DNA of 63,815 nt, the filler included, from Ionaspis alba (lineage: Eukaryota), in assembly GCA_964255285.1 (NCBI GenBank). It is 17 parts of 17 records of this genome, joined end to end, with 100 filler letters (N's around TTAATTAATTAA, not from the genome) between each part and the next. Parts side by side here need not be neighbours in the genome. Positions count along the whole stretch, not along the records: positions 1 to 3,745 come from CAXUUL010001172.1; positions 3,846 to 7,585 come from CAXUUL010001173.1; positions 7,686 to 11,415 come from CAXUUL010001174.1; positions 11,516 to 15,243 come from CAXUUL010001175.1; 13 more parts are not named here. One strand, 5' to 3'. This document shows, in pieces, positions 1 through 12,256 of the stretch. Numbering within the stretch: the stretch's first letter is position 1; each line of letters opens with the position of its first letter. The notes under the pieces are model-generated. The model made no database searches and was not told the origin of the DNA. It worked only from the letters and a program-made list of their open reading frames with translations. A program made the translations under genes and the position numbers.

Positions 1-1576
1 CACGGGCGACATTGCCACAACGTCTGGATATCTGACAATAATCACATGACCTTCCCCAAAGGGGAAACCCATTCTCTTTGTTATCTAGTGGACCTTGCCT
101 ATTCCGAGGGTCACCTGATCGTCGTTGGACGTGCATGATTTTCAGATCGTTCTGAAAACGATTCTGAATTCAATCCAAGTTGCTTTCAAACTTGGTCTTT
201 TCGAGGTTCAGATGCTAACACCGTGGCCATCTGAAAAGGAAAACTGGAGATCATTCAACAAATCAGCACCTAGCCCACCGAAAATGATACGCGAACGCCT
301 TAAAGTTCAATGCAGATCTCGTGATTGCTGTAAAGGGGGATCCTCCAAACGGAGAGCAAAGCCATGAAAGCCGCAGTAGTACTCTGACCAAGAAGATGGT
401 GGAACATTTCCAGCAGGCGGAATGCTGACTTAATGGGCCGTGGAGAGGGCCATAGCTTCAATTGCTGACGTGAAATGCTTCTTGAACCGGCAAATTACCA
501 GTCTGTTGTCAAATGGGCATCTTGACGAAGGCCCACCCACTTTGCTGCACTCCGCTGCACTATGCACTCAATATGCCTTCGAATCAGGCTTTCATAAGTC
601 TGTAAAGACTTGTAACTGTCTGTAACAGGCATCTCCGGAACCCGGACAAAGCTCACGTGACATCCATAAAGGGCAATACTCAGGTCGAGGTTAAGCCACC
701 CCACAAGAATCGATGGCATCGATTCGTGTTCAAAGCCGGATTGGGGGGAATATCCAACACAAATCACGTGACGGCTCGAACAGGAAATGTCCCGTTGTCC
801 AGCTCTCTCTCCTGAGTCCTTTCGGGGTCCGCAGGAGCGGAAATGGGAAGGGGGATGGGCTCCAGGGCAGAGACAGGAACAAAAGACGGTTGAGCAGATG
901 AATTTTTGGACAGAAACGACAGGAATGGGAGAGACATTGGAGAAAGGAAAAGGGGTTTGTGAAATGGGGACACATTGTCGGGACTGCAAATGGCAATAAT
1001 TCTTTCACATAGAAGGCATGGGGAAGGTTGGTGAGGAGAAGCAAGAGGAGGACATCGTGTATTCCACATCCCCCCTCTCCAATGTATTCTACCACCACAC
1101 GAGACGCCACACATATTCTCGTATTCTCCTCCTCCCTGGGTGCCCAAATATGTACAACATATACTCTCCAATCCGCCTACCTCTCTCCTCTCCATTGATA
1201 TGCTAGTACCTCCCCATCCCCTTTCCACTCAATCAGTAAATCAACCCCACAATAAGCAAACTCCACCCGCAATGCAGCATCGATATCGCCAAAAAGCGCT
1301 CGCACGAGTTTTTGTACACAGGATTCAGCACTTGAATTGTGTATATGGAATGTTCGAATCAGAAGCAAAGGGAAGACGGGAAAATAAATGACAGCGGTCT
1401 ATGTTCGTTTTGGTCGTTACACCCAGGTTTTTGTTGTCTCTGGGGGAAAGTCTATGTTTCGTGATACAGTGATGAACGAGTGGGGATGCCGAAGGATTGA
1501 TGGAAGATCGGGAGGTGGAACTGTGATGATGTGTATGTTTGTGCAAGTCTTTGTGCTTTGTAGGATGCGGATGTCG

Positions 1577-2845
1577 TCATGAGTTATCTTTCTTGGGGTT
1601 GTCCTGTGGTTTTTCTCCCTTTTTCGTTTCCTTTTCCTTTTCTTTTTCCTGGTCAGGAGGATTTTCGTAGATGGGCTTGACTCGTTCCCAAGCCGCTTTC
1701 CAGGTGCCTAGTAGAGATCAGCATAAATATTTTATCATGTTCCCGTACCAATGCTCACCTTCAAACTCGTGCTTAACAAACGCCATCGGATCATCAGGCT
1801 CCTTAGCGCCCATCTGCTGCACACCCGGACTGAAACTCGTGATAGGCAGAACAACCACATCGCCGACCTTTTTGGCCGCTGTAATCCCCGTGAAATTCTC
1901 ATAGGTGATGTTCTTCCCGTTCTGCTCGATATTGAAGTACTCGGGGCTGTTGAAGTAATTAAAGATGATATCCGTCCAAAGTGCCGGACCCGTAAACTCC
2001 ACGATAGTCTTATCGAGTCTCTTCTTGCTCAGGTGACCCAGCTTCTTCATCCTCAGAGTATCTTCCGTGATGGCAGCCACGATATTCCGGAGAACGGGAT
2101 GGCCAGCTTTTGCTTGGATCGTCCATTGGCAGAATTGGATTCGACGGGAGTACCAGTCTTTCCAGTCTGGACGATCGGGATCGGCTTCGATGCCGACGAT
2201 GAGACCAATGGATGAAGGAGGTATGTCTCTGGGAATCCAGTCCACAGCTGTCTTCAAGGCTTGGGTGTCGATGTCCGAGTATATGCCTCCTCGTGCGAGG
2301 AGGATGAGGTAACGGAAGAAATCTGCTTTGAGTACTGGGAGAGGTAAGGCATTGTAAGCTTCTTGTACTTCTGGAACCGACGCGTAGAGGTACTGAATCA
2401 AATGCACAGCTGTCTGATCCGTGATCACTTCGTGTATGAAACCTGGATGTAGCTCCGTCCAACTCGCTTCCATAGGTCTGAAATCATCTCCAAAATCCCC
2501 CTTGTCTGGCGTTGACTTCCAAGTTTGCCAGATATATGCAGGAAATTTCCCTTCAGGATCGTAGGGGAATTGGTATCTCAAACGGTCTTTCAGAGGCTTG
2601 CCGACCATGTTGTTCATGGTCTGTTGACTCGTGTACTTGTCTTTCGAGTACTTGGGAGGTGGGTAGGCTCTGGTAGGTTGGGCGGCCTTGCCTGTACTTT
2701 GTATCGTGGTCTTGTCGCCATTGGAGCTGGCATTTTCCAGCGATTCGGCCTCGTATCGACTCGATGTGGAGTGTGAGGATTGGATGAGGTAAAGAATTGT
2801 GAAGAAGAAAGCTGCTATTATGAGGGCCTTGCGGTATGTGAACAT
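1577..2845 (-). CDS. OCH1: Initiation-specific alpha-1,6-mannosyltransferase (GT32), 2 exons
   Basis: N-terminal type II membrane anchor (MFTYRKALIIAAFFFTILYL), then FPAYIWQTWK, ADFFRYLILLARGGIYSDID (DxD) and GIEADPDRPDW. A GTGAG...CTAG intron at about 1758-1708 gives the last exon (G)TWKAAWERVKPIYENPPDQEKEKEKETKKGEKPQDNPKKDNS*. Confidence 0.93.
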
Positions 2846-3745
2846 CGTTTCAGGACCGAGGGCGGCCGACCCAAGAAGGGAAGCCAAGGTATTGAGGACG
2901 TGGTGAAGGTTGTCGTAGTTGGAGGGAGGTTAGTCTAGATAGGAGAGACAGCAGCGGTAGGTGTTTGATGACTCCCGAAGGCCTGTGTTCATCAGTTCAC
3001 GATAACTTTGTCTGAACATTTCGATTAGACGTACTCACTGTGGCAGTATCCCTAGCTTACGGCAGAGTCGGCACTGCACTCAGAGCTATAGGATGAGCCG
3101 GAGTATCATGCCATCCCTTGCCAGCAAGATAGGAGATCGAAACGAACCGTGCTCGTGTCCGCCTGATCGAGGGAGACGGTCGCAATGGATTGCTGACCGA
3201 AGTCAACTCTTGTTGTGCAGCAGAAGAGTCGTAAGCTGAAATAAATTTATTCGAATATGACCGCGCCAAGAAGAATCGCAGCCCAAACAAGTCCCCGAGC
3301 CAAGAGATCTCTTCAAGCAATTCGTAGAGTTCAGCTTTGGGTTGGGTCCAAGCCAAGGATTCGGCAGCCACGTCGGGAACCGTGGGCACGGATAGTGATG
3401 TGGAGTTCCAAAACGTGTTGACGGCTGAGGAATGCTCGCTTCTTCAATAACAATCAATTATGAAGAGGCTTCTCTCATAGTCGTACCCGGACAGCGGACA
3501 GCTGACAGCCGTTCGAAATGCCATGAAATAGAAGACGGGAAGGAAGGGGGTGGTTGGTGGAGGATAGGAGGAGGGGCCTTTGTTACAGTCGGGTCATCTA
3601 TGATCTATGTAACATTTCTTGCACGATCAAACAAGAGCCTGTGAAACCACATCATGGACAGGGAACCAGTGATGGTCTATGGGATGGGATGTTACGATAA
3701 GGCAAGGCGGCCTCCCGGTGGCTTTCATTAAGTTCATATTCAACG

Positions 3746-3845
3746 NNNNNNNNNNNNNNNNNNNNNNNNNNNNNNNNNNNNNNNNNNNNTTAATTAATTA
3801 ANNNNNNNNNNNNNNNNNNNNNNNNNNNNNNNNNNNNNNNNNNNN
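3746..3845. other. Artificial contig linker (44 N + TTAATTAATTAA six-frame stop + 44 N); first of 16
   Basis: Identical 100-bp linkers start at 3746, 7586, 11416, 15244, 19064, 22864, 26663, 30434, 34196, 37951, 41706, 45441, 49140, 52823, 56501 and 60160. Segment lengths are non-increasing from 3745 to 3556 bp. Confidence 0.99.
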
Positions 3846-4896
3846 AACAACAGGTCATCCGAGAGATGAGCAAGCCCACTTCTAAGAATCCCTTTTCTCC
3901 GCGACACATCGAGCCTCCGCTGTCCTTAACCGGCTTCCTTTCACTATTGAACCACTGGTTTTGGTCAGCGCAATACCAAGTGCAATTGTTTGTGTTTGTC
4001 TCAGACAATCTGCGTGGACTATGTGCCTGCATTGATGGATGCGAAGCAGGCGGTCGTAGAGAAAATACTTCTCAAGCCATATCGGGCAGGAGAACATAGA
4101 ACCATCAGCTGCCAGTTTCAAATCTTGGAACTTGATCACTTACTCAGCCTCTCCCGGGCCTCGCGGATGTTTGGTTTGTTCTTTGCATCTTTGTCTTCCT
4201 CGCTCGCAGGAGGCATTCCCGTTGTGTCTACTCTAGGTTCTAAATACTCGGTCATTGGATGCTACAAAGGCTGCGAACATGTTTCAGACTACGTGAGCAT
4301 CAGGCTGCTTTGATAGACTTCTCAATTCTCTCGTCTTGCCTGATAAAACGACGTCATGAACCCCGAGAACAGATTCCGGGTGTGTGTCGTGCACGGGAGC
4401 TTTGAGCCCAGTCTCGGAAGGAGAGTAGATGGAGGATGGAGCGAAGGAAGTGGAGAAAAGTGGAGCTGATATGGTGCAAATGGGGAGGAGCGAGGCTGTG
4501 GTGGAATACGATGCTGAATATTGGCACGGGCAAGTAAATGTGCCTTTGGGGAGATCTTCGTATCAAAAAGTGATCTCGAGCTTCTGAGAGGAAAGATAAC
4601 GAGCAATGGGGGAGAACACGATAATACTGCCCAAAAGGCTCAACAACTATTATACACGCAATACCCCGCCTCGATTGTTTTGTTACCCAACGCCATGCTG
4701 AATTGACATGGAGAAGCATCGCTGTCATGAATGCTCTGATCCCGCTTGCCGAAATAACGAATGCAAGAAACTCCGAGCCCAATGCGAGAAAAGCCCACCA
4801 CACTCCAATGCCGGGACTGTTTTCCCAAAATACCCCCTAATAGGGCGGAGTCGAACGGAGTGTCTGACCGTGCACGGTATAAGGACGATTTTTCCA

Positions 4897-7453
4897 TCAA
4901 GCCATAGCGTCATCGTCGTCTTCATCTTCCATTTGCTCCATTGCCTCCTTGATCATATGAGAAGCCTGAAGTGATGTAAGCAAGTACCAGAAAAACCGTT
5001 GATCAGTCACATACCTTCGGGTCCAGGTTCAGGGCTGTGGTGAAATGTTTGATAGCATTGGCCTTGTCCCTTAGAATCTTATAGACCCGACCCAGCAAGA
5101 AATGAACATTTGCCTCATCCGGAGCAATATCCTTCAGCACCTTCAACTCCAACAATGCCTGATCAGGTTGCTGCAAAGCCATCAGGACCTTGGCCTTCTT
5201 GAATCGCGACAATGCTGACTTCGGAGCGAGCTCGCAGGACTTTGCGTACTGCACCAGTGCTGCTTTCGGGTTCTTCAGCTTCTCCAAGACAGTGCCGATA
5301 CAGCATACCAGGACTGCATTGGTGGGATTGATGCTGGCTGCTGTCCGGTAGTGCTGCTCAGCAATATTGAATTTACCTTGTTTCTCGTAGACTCTGCCGA
5401 GACCGTACCATGCATTGTAGTGTCGTTTCTCGGCAGCGATGGCACTTCGGTAAGCTGACATTGCCTTGTCATATTCTTCATTCGTGATATGCTCATGTCC
5501 TTGTAGTGTCCAAGCATATGCAAATTTGGGGTCAAGCTGCGTTGCTCGTTTGAAGCATTTCAAGGCCTGGTCGTGATCTCTTTGTAAAGAGAAGGAGTTG
5601 CCAATAGCACACCAAGCTTGAGGTGATTGGCGGTCCACATCGATGATCTCGTGTGCGAGAAACGCTAGATCGATCTCGCTCTTCAGATGCCACAAGATTG
5701 TCGAATACACTTCCATATCATCAAGTCGTGAAGGAGTCATAACCTTGATTCGAGCATAGTATTTCTCCGCCTCAGCGTACGCGCCTTGTTCATACAATGC
5801 TCGTCCCATCTGTGCGAGAACCCATGGTGTTTCCCTCTGTCCCTGAGTGATGCTACTGAATATCTGTAAAGCTTCCTGGCTTTTGTAATGACTCAGAGCG
5901 AAGTAGCCGCTTGCAAGTTTTGTGAAAAGTTCAAGCAGCCACAATATGCTCTCGTATTCTTTGGATCTTTCACTCACCACAGGTTTTGCGACTGTAGGAA
6001 CAACCGTAGTAGAGACGTTTGGGGCAGGTCGACCTTCTTTGCTATCGATATCCATCGCATCAATGTGCTTTCGGTTCCCGCTAACAACTCTGCCCACTGT
6101 CGAGACTTGGGTATTCCGACCTTTTGTGCCAGTTGCTTTTGCTTTCTTCAATTCACGTCCTTCTTTGGAACCTAAACTGCCAGTTGCCGAAGAAAATTTG
6201 CCACTCTGGGGCCGAATCTGATTGAACAGTCTAACGCTTCTACGCTGAGGAGCACCCGGATCGACCACAGCAGTTTGCGCTGATGTCGCTGATGCCGCTT
6301 GAGCCGCTTGGCCGGATATGTTCCGCTTCCGATCTGTACTAGCTGCCATGATTAGAGCGGAAAAGTTGGACGAAGGATGTCCGTAGTCTTCAGAATCGCC
6401 GTCTGTCCTGGAAGATTTTGATCGTGAATGAGATGGTTTCATGCGGGGAGGAGCATCGACACTGAAATCCATTCCGAGTTTCTCGAGTGTCCGAGATTTC
6501 CTCATAGGCGCAAGTGGGGGCTCTGAGTTATCCGTGACTCCAGCAGCACTTGCAACCATCTTTGCATCCTTTGCCCATTGCATTTGCGCTGCGAGAAGAC
6601 TAGCATTGGTAGCACCTGGACCAGTCGGGGTGTCTAGAGCACTCAAATCACCGGAAACTCCACCACCTACCGGCGTCACATTTTGCGTGCTGCCATTCAG
6701 CTTTTCGAACAGCGCAGGCTTGTTAAGATTCAGACGATTGTCTCCATTTGCTCGACTGGTAGAAATGCTGAAAGGATCATTGCCGGTCTGCTGCTGAGAT
6801 GTATTGCTTTGATGGCTAGCAAAGCTATTAGATGGAGACGATTCTTCTTGAGCAGTCTGAAATGACTCGTTTGAGCCACCTCCGAGAGCAAACATCATTT
6901 CAGGAGTCGTCTTGAAAATGTTCGGTATTCTCACGTTGACCCCCAAGTCGCACAACCCAAGAAAAGCGTCCCACATGAAAGGATTGAGTTTGAGAGCCTC
7001 TGCATAGCACTCGATAGCCTTATTAGCATCATCGTATGCATGCAGCAGTTTCCCTTGTAGACAGAAGACGGCAGCAGCGTCCGGCAACTGTTGTCTCCTG
7101 GTATCTGTATGTTTGTTCCAATTATTCCGAGAAGCCCACTGCGCTTTCGATTTTTCGAGGGCTATAATGCCTTCGCTGAATTTTTCTAGACCCAGACAAG
7201 CCTGAGCAAAGACGTATGAGCATCCAAGATGCGTTCCCTTAGTGCCGTAGAATTTGCTGCTGTCATAGGCCAACTTAAACTGTCCCAGCCGTAGATGGCA
7301 GAGCGCTAACAGATATGCTGCCTCGGAGGCTCGTGGTTCAAAAGCATGCAGTCGTCCAGCGAGGAAAAGGGCATTTCGAAGAAGGTTGCAGTCGAGGTTG
7401 TAGTATATAAGCTGCCGTAATTGGTTTGTAATGTGGTGGTTGGAAGGCGCCAT
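4897..7453 (-). CDS. CDC27: Anaphase-promoting complex subunit 3 (Cdc27/BimA/Nuc2), TPR protein, 2 exons
   Basis: 816-aa ORF with the APC3 N-terminus (QLRQLIYYNLDCNLLRNALFLAGRL) and a C-terminal TPR array (SPQAWCAIGNSFSLQRDHDQALKCFKRATQLDP). A GTATGT...TTCAG intron gives the final exon ASHMIKEAMEQMEDEDDDDAMA*. Confidence 0.96.
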
Positions 7454-7702
7454 TACGGTGTGATAAGTCAGGTCCGCTGGTCTACCTTGAAAATGTCAAG
7501 TAGGTGAAGGCTCTTTCAGGTCAGAAGGAAAGTGAGTTGTGGATTGAGAGAAGTCGCCTGCCACCTCGTGTCCAGCTGTGCACGTNNNNNNNNNNNNNNN
7601 NNNNNNNNNNNNNNNNNNNNNNNNNNNNNTTAATTAATTAANNNNNNNNNNNNNNNNNNNNNNNNNNNNNNNNNNNNNNNNNNNNCCCTTCCATTTCCCC
7701 TT

Positions 7703-9482
7703 TTAAAAGCCACGCACGTGATGCCCGTGCCTCCTCCCCTTCTTCCCATGCACGTGACCGCGCCTCACCGGGGCCACCGGCGCCGAGGTCTTAGCCACCG
7801 GGCCCTCGACCGTGACGACGATCTCCTCGGCCACGACGATGACCTCGTACGCCTCGTTGCCCCGAGTGTAGTACTCGGTAGCCACAGTCGGGAGGGCGGC
7901 CTTGGCGGGTTCGGGGCCGGCCGGAGCGGGAGTCATAGCCGGGATTGACGAGGTTGTGGCTGAGGCCATCTGTGGCGCAGCGGAGGAGATGTCTGACGTC
8001 ATGTCCGTGGAGGTTCCCAGCTTGAAAACGTTGCCATTGTCGGGATTCGAAGCCGAGGAGCCGCGTGAGTAGCTTAGCGTGGGCACCACGGTCGGGGCGG
8101 CGGAGGGAGGGTCGGTCTTCTGTGGCTTGTGAGGGCCTTTGGTCGCGTATTCGGGGCCTGGCTGGATGGGGTTGTCCCCCGGGAGTCCGTCGCCGCTTAC
8201 CATGACGTTTTCTCTGGCGATGGCTTTGGGCAGGGCGAGTTTGCAGGAGGCTTGCTTCTCTGGTGGTTGGATGTCGAAGACCGGGCAGAGGGCTGTGACG
8301 CCGCCGTGGCTGAGCTCGTCGGGTCCGCATTGCGCATTGGCTGCTTCGAGGATGCCGTCTTCCCAGGCGAAGATTACGTCGCCGTGGTAGGAGTAGCCTG
8401 GGTGGTGGTGGTGTTAATTGGGGAGAGATGGAGTGAGAGGATGGGGAGGGAGGAGCTGGATGACTTACCAGTGGGATCGCCGGTTGAGAGTACGAACTTT
8501 CCGTCTTGGTCCTTGAAGGCGGCGGTGTCGTAGATGGTCTCGTAGAAGAGCTGGTTGATGAGCTTGTTGTAGCCTTCAGGGCATTTACCGCCATTGAGCA
8601 TATGATCAGGAAAAGCAAGGTGCGACTTATGGTCATGGGAGTCAAGTTCGCCGTTCCAGCACTGTGGGAAAAGGAGTTCGAGACGCAGTCCGTCTTTGCA
8701 GTTCTGGTCGAGATAAGACTTCTCGGGAAGGAAGTGACGGTATAGAGATGGCTCAGGATCCTTCGAGTAGTCGAGACAATTGAAGCCGATAGCCTTCTGA
8801 CGAAGTGCAGCTTGAGTTACATCCTCACCAGACCATGGCATTGGCGGGTCAGGAACAGGAAGGGTGAAGTTGCGTTGATAGGGATCGCCAGAGATGATAG
8901 TCAAACCCTTCGGCATGGCAGAGGGCCAGGTGTACTGGTCTCCAATGAAGGCTGGGGTGTACTTGTAGTAGCTGCATGCATTGTTAGCATACGCCAAGAT
9001 CTTCGATAAACACCGTATAGATTTCGACTTACCTCAGGTGACCGGCGACTTCGGGAACGATAGAGGTTTTACCATCTTTAGCCATGAAATAGAGAGCAGA
9101 CGACCAATAAGAAGATTTATCCTGGACTACTTGGCAGGAGGTGCAGTCGGACTTGAGTAAATCATCGGCGGTAGAAAAAGGGGTAAGTCCTGACGGTCGC
9201 ATTAGCCTTTGAACAACAAGAACGCGTCTCATATTATATTTCGAGCAGATACAACAAAACATTCTTCTATGAATGATCTCGAGAAGTGTACATACCGCTG
9301 GCTCCCTTGATCGAGTGGACGTGGGAGGAGATTTCGCCAGGATTGACAAGGGGATCGACGCGACCGATGCCAGCAATGCCGTGACATTCGAGACGCCAGT
9401 AAGCCTGCCCATAGCTTGCAAGGAGAAGCATGAGAATAGCGATAGCACTGAAGCTTTTGAGGAACTCCTTGAGAGGTGCCAT
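7703..9482 (-). CDS. Secreted DUF1996-domain protein with S/T/P-rich linker and His-rich basic tail, 4 exons
   Basis: Signal peptide then YWRLEC...RVDPLVNPGEISSHVHSIKG, CTSCQVVQDKSSYW, LELLFPQCWNG and DPTGYSYHGD. Introns at about 9293-9205, 9032-8971 and 8468-8399. Confidence 0.88.
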
Positions 9483-12256
9483 TGTGATCGTGAGATGTAA
9501 ACGTCACTTAGTAGATGCAAAGTCGTTTATTGCGACCGTAAAATTTGCAACGTAGATTTCGCAAAGACACTCTCGACTAGCTAGAGGGTCTTGGATATAA
9601 TCTTGAAGAAGAGGCTTACACTGGAGACGTTGTGTCGTTGTGATTGGTGTAGAGCGTGGTTGGGTGTGAGATTGAGCTTGACGAGGAGCTGGAAGCTGAT
9701 ATCGGAGTCCGACTTTGCGACCGTAGAATTCGAAGCCTAGATTCAACCTCTGCACTTCTCAGAAGCTTGAAGGTTCTCTAGAGCGTGAAGCTTATATCGT
9801 TGAGACAGACGCGTGTTTCGATAGCAGAGGCAACCTGAGCTTAAGCTTGAAGAGATTGACGAGGAAGCACAGCTTCCGACCGTAGAATTTGACGTAGAGA
9901 CGAAGATGGAGAGACGAAAGCCGTCAAGGCAGCAGCTGAGAGAAGAAGTAGAGTTCCGAAAGAAGAGAGTGTATGTAAACGTGGTGAAGAGAAGACCGAT
10001 GAAGAGTGGGAATGGTTGTAGAGGCTGAGGTGTCGAAACGCGGTATTGCCCTGAGGAGACTTGCTACAGAACTCCCACGGGAAATTGCACTCAACACCCA
10101 ATCAGCTAGCGACCTAGGTCTATCCAATAGCACTAGTCTTTCAAACACTCCTAGGCTCTTTCAGACACACTAGATGGATCTCAACAATGCTCGGGGCTGG
10201 ACTGTCGTATGGCCAACGTCTTCAGGGACAATGTATACACAAGAATCGAATGCCGAGGCGGTAATGGTATTGCGCAATAACAACTGCTTGCAGGATGTCT
10301 TATTCCTATATCAACGTGTTTCGACTGAATGTTGTTGAGTGCTTCTTGCTTCTGATAGCTGTTGCTTTATGCCAAGTCGATGTCTAGCTCATTACCAGAT
10401 CCAATGTGCGCCACGACAACAATATCTCTTTCCAATGTCTGTTAATCCACTTGTCTTCTGTCGATGCTGCCACCCGGGAGTTCTTGCTGGCTTTGTTTAA
10501 TGTCTCTGTAATCAGTCTCGACAATGGTGGCAGATCAACGACAATCTCTCGCGAACAGCCGCAACACACGAGTTCAAAAGAGGGACAAGAAAGTTGGCTA
10601 GAATGAATGTCGTATTCACAAAACAAACGAGTGACAATATCACCAGGACACAAATCACCGTCGTCGTCGTGCAGCCTGGCAAAGCAGCAGAAAAACAGCA
10701 GTAATGAATGTGGAGTAGTAGTCACGGCCGCATACACACGAGTAAGAAGAAAGGACAGCAGAACGGTAAGGAAGGAAAGAAGAAACGAAAATGGATGTAC
10801 GAGGAGGTACATTCATCCACTCGCGATAGGGAGCCCACACGAAAAGGCCACCAAGGACAAGGCCCCAAGATTGGCGGAGAGACAGAGATGCGCGCGACGT
10901 ATGCAGGTCCTGGAATGAAGGACCCGCAGCCACGGGTCGATTTCCTGGGTTACGACAAGGGGTGGAAAAGGTGGGGTTGGGTCGGGAGAGGAGGGTTGAA
11001 ACACCATCGTGTCCTCCTTTTTCCACTTGTCTCTCCTCGCTTTGGGCCTGAGGAACGACTGCTCCAGGAGGAAGACCTTGTTGGTCAGCTGGGGCTCTTG
11101 GGTCACTCCGTATTACACACATGTCTTGTGCTGTCTTCGGGAGGAAAGGAAAAAGGTCCAGCTCCTGTTAACCGCCACGACTCACTATCGTGCAACTGTC
11201 GTTGACCAGTGGATCCACTGCGAGTGAAACAGCGGATCTGGCCAGTGAGATTGGAGGAAGTGGATTTTGTCAGGGGTAAGCTGTTCGGCAAGCGCCTAAT
11301 CCTCCAGGATAAGCTTAGCTGTGGCTGAGAGATGCTTGGCTGTGTCAGGGGAGGGACAGATGTGCAAGATGACGAAGGTGGTGGGGAAGGACGATTGGAA
11401 CGAACATCAACGGTGNNNNNNNNNNNNNNNNNNNNNNNNNNNNNNNNNNNNNNNNNNNNTTAATTAATTAANNNNNNNNNNNNNNNNNNNNNNNNNNNNN
11501 NNNNNNNNNNNNNNNGTGGGCATCCCCCACTGCTGTGACACCCATGGTTCCTGTCACTGCCTGAGCATTTTGGGCTGGTCGTTCTGAGGCTCACCCAGAG
11601 AATATAGCCAGGCCAAACCTTGCTTGGCTTAGTATGCCAAGAGAGGTGTTGACAGACTTTCTTCCGACCAATCATCGAGTTTCGCTGGTCAGAACTGTAA
11701 ATTCTCCCACTCAGTCAAGGAATTCCCTCTCTTTACAAAAAGGTGCGGAATCACAGTGTCCTCTTTCCCTCCTTTTTCCCTTCCCCTCTTTGTAAACACT
11801 TATCCATTATCTTCTTTCCGATCTCTATGGATGATAACAGTTGGAAGTAATCCCTTTGCGCCGCAGAACCCCGCCACCTGCGAAGTAGAATAAGGCGTTA
11901 TTTACGCGAGAACTATTTGCAATCTGCGGCATTGCCGAAGTCAACACACGACCGAAGAGCGAGGTGATTCAACTCATCAACCTCATCTCTTCAGCGAACA
12001 CTCGAATCGAGGACTACGAGAGTTCTATCGTGCGATAGACCTTTCGTAGCAGCGCAGCGGTCACCAGACGGCGCAGTGCGAAAGTCAACACCCAAACTTG
12101 TGACGTATGTCAATTCACTTTTCTGTCAGCATCAAACAACCTGTCTTGTTGTCCGATCGGCCACTTCTTCTTGACCGCTTCCCTTGAGATCTGACCTAAC
12201 ATGCGAAGCACTTAGTCCACGTTCTGAAGTCTCGATACTGTCGCAAAGAAATTATC

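Noticed and set aside
1..1570. Overlapping 60-160 aa ORFs downstream of OCH1
   Set aside because: No motifs. The composition fits 3' UTR or intergenic DNA with purine- and pyrimidine-rich tracts.
9500..11415. ORFs upstream of the DUF1996 gene
   Set aside because: Low-complexity translations in several frames with no family signature; more likely promoter or 5' UTR.
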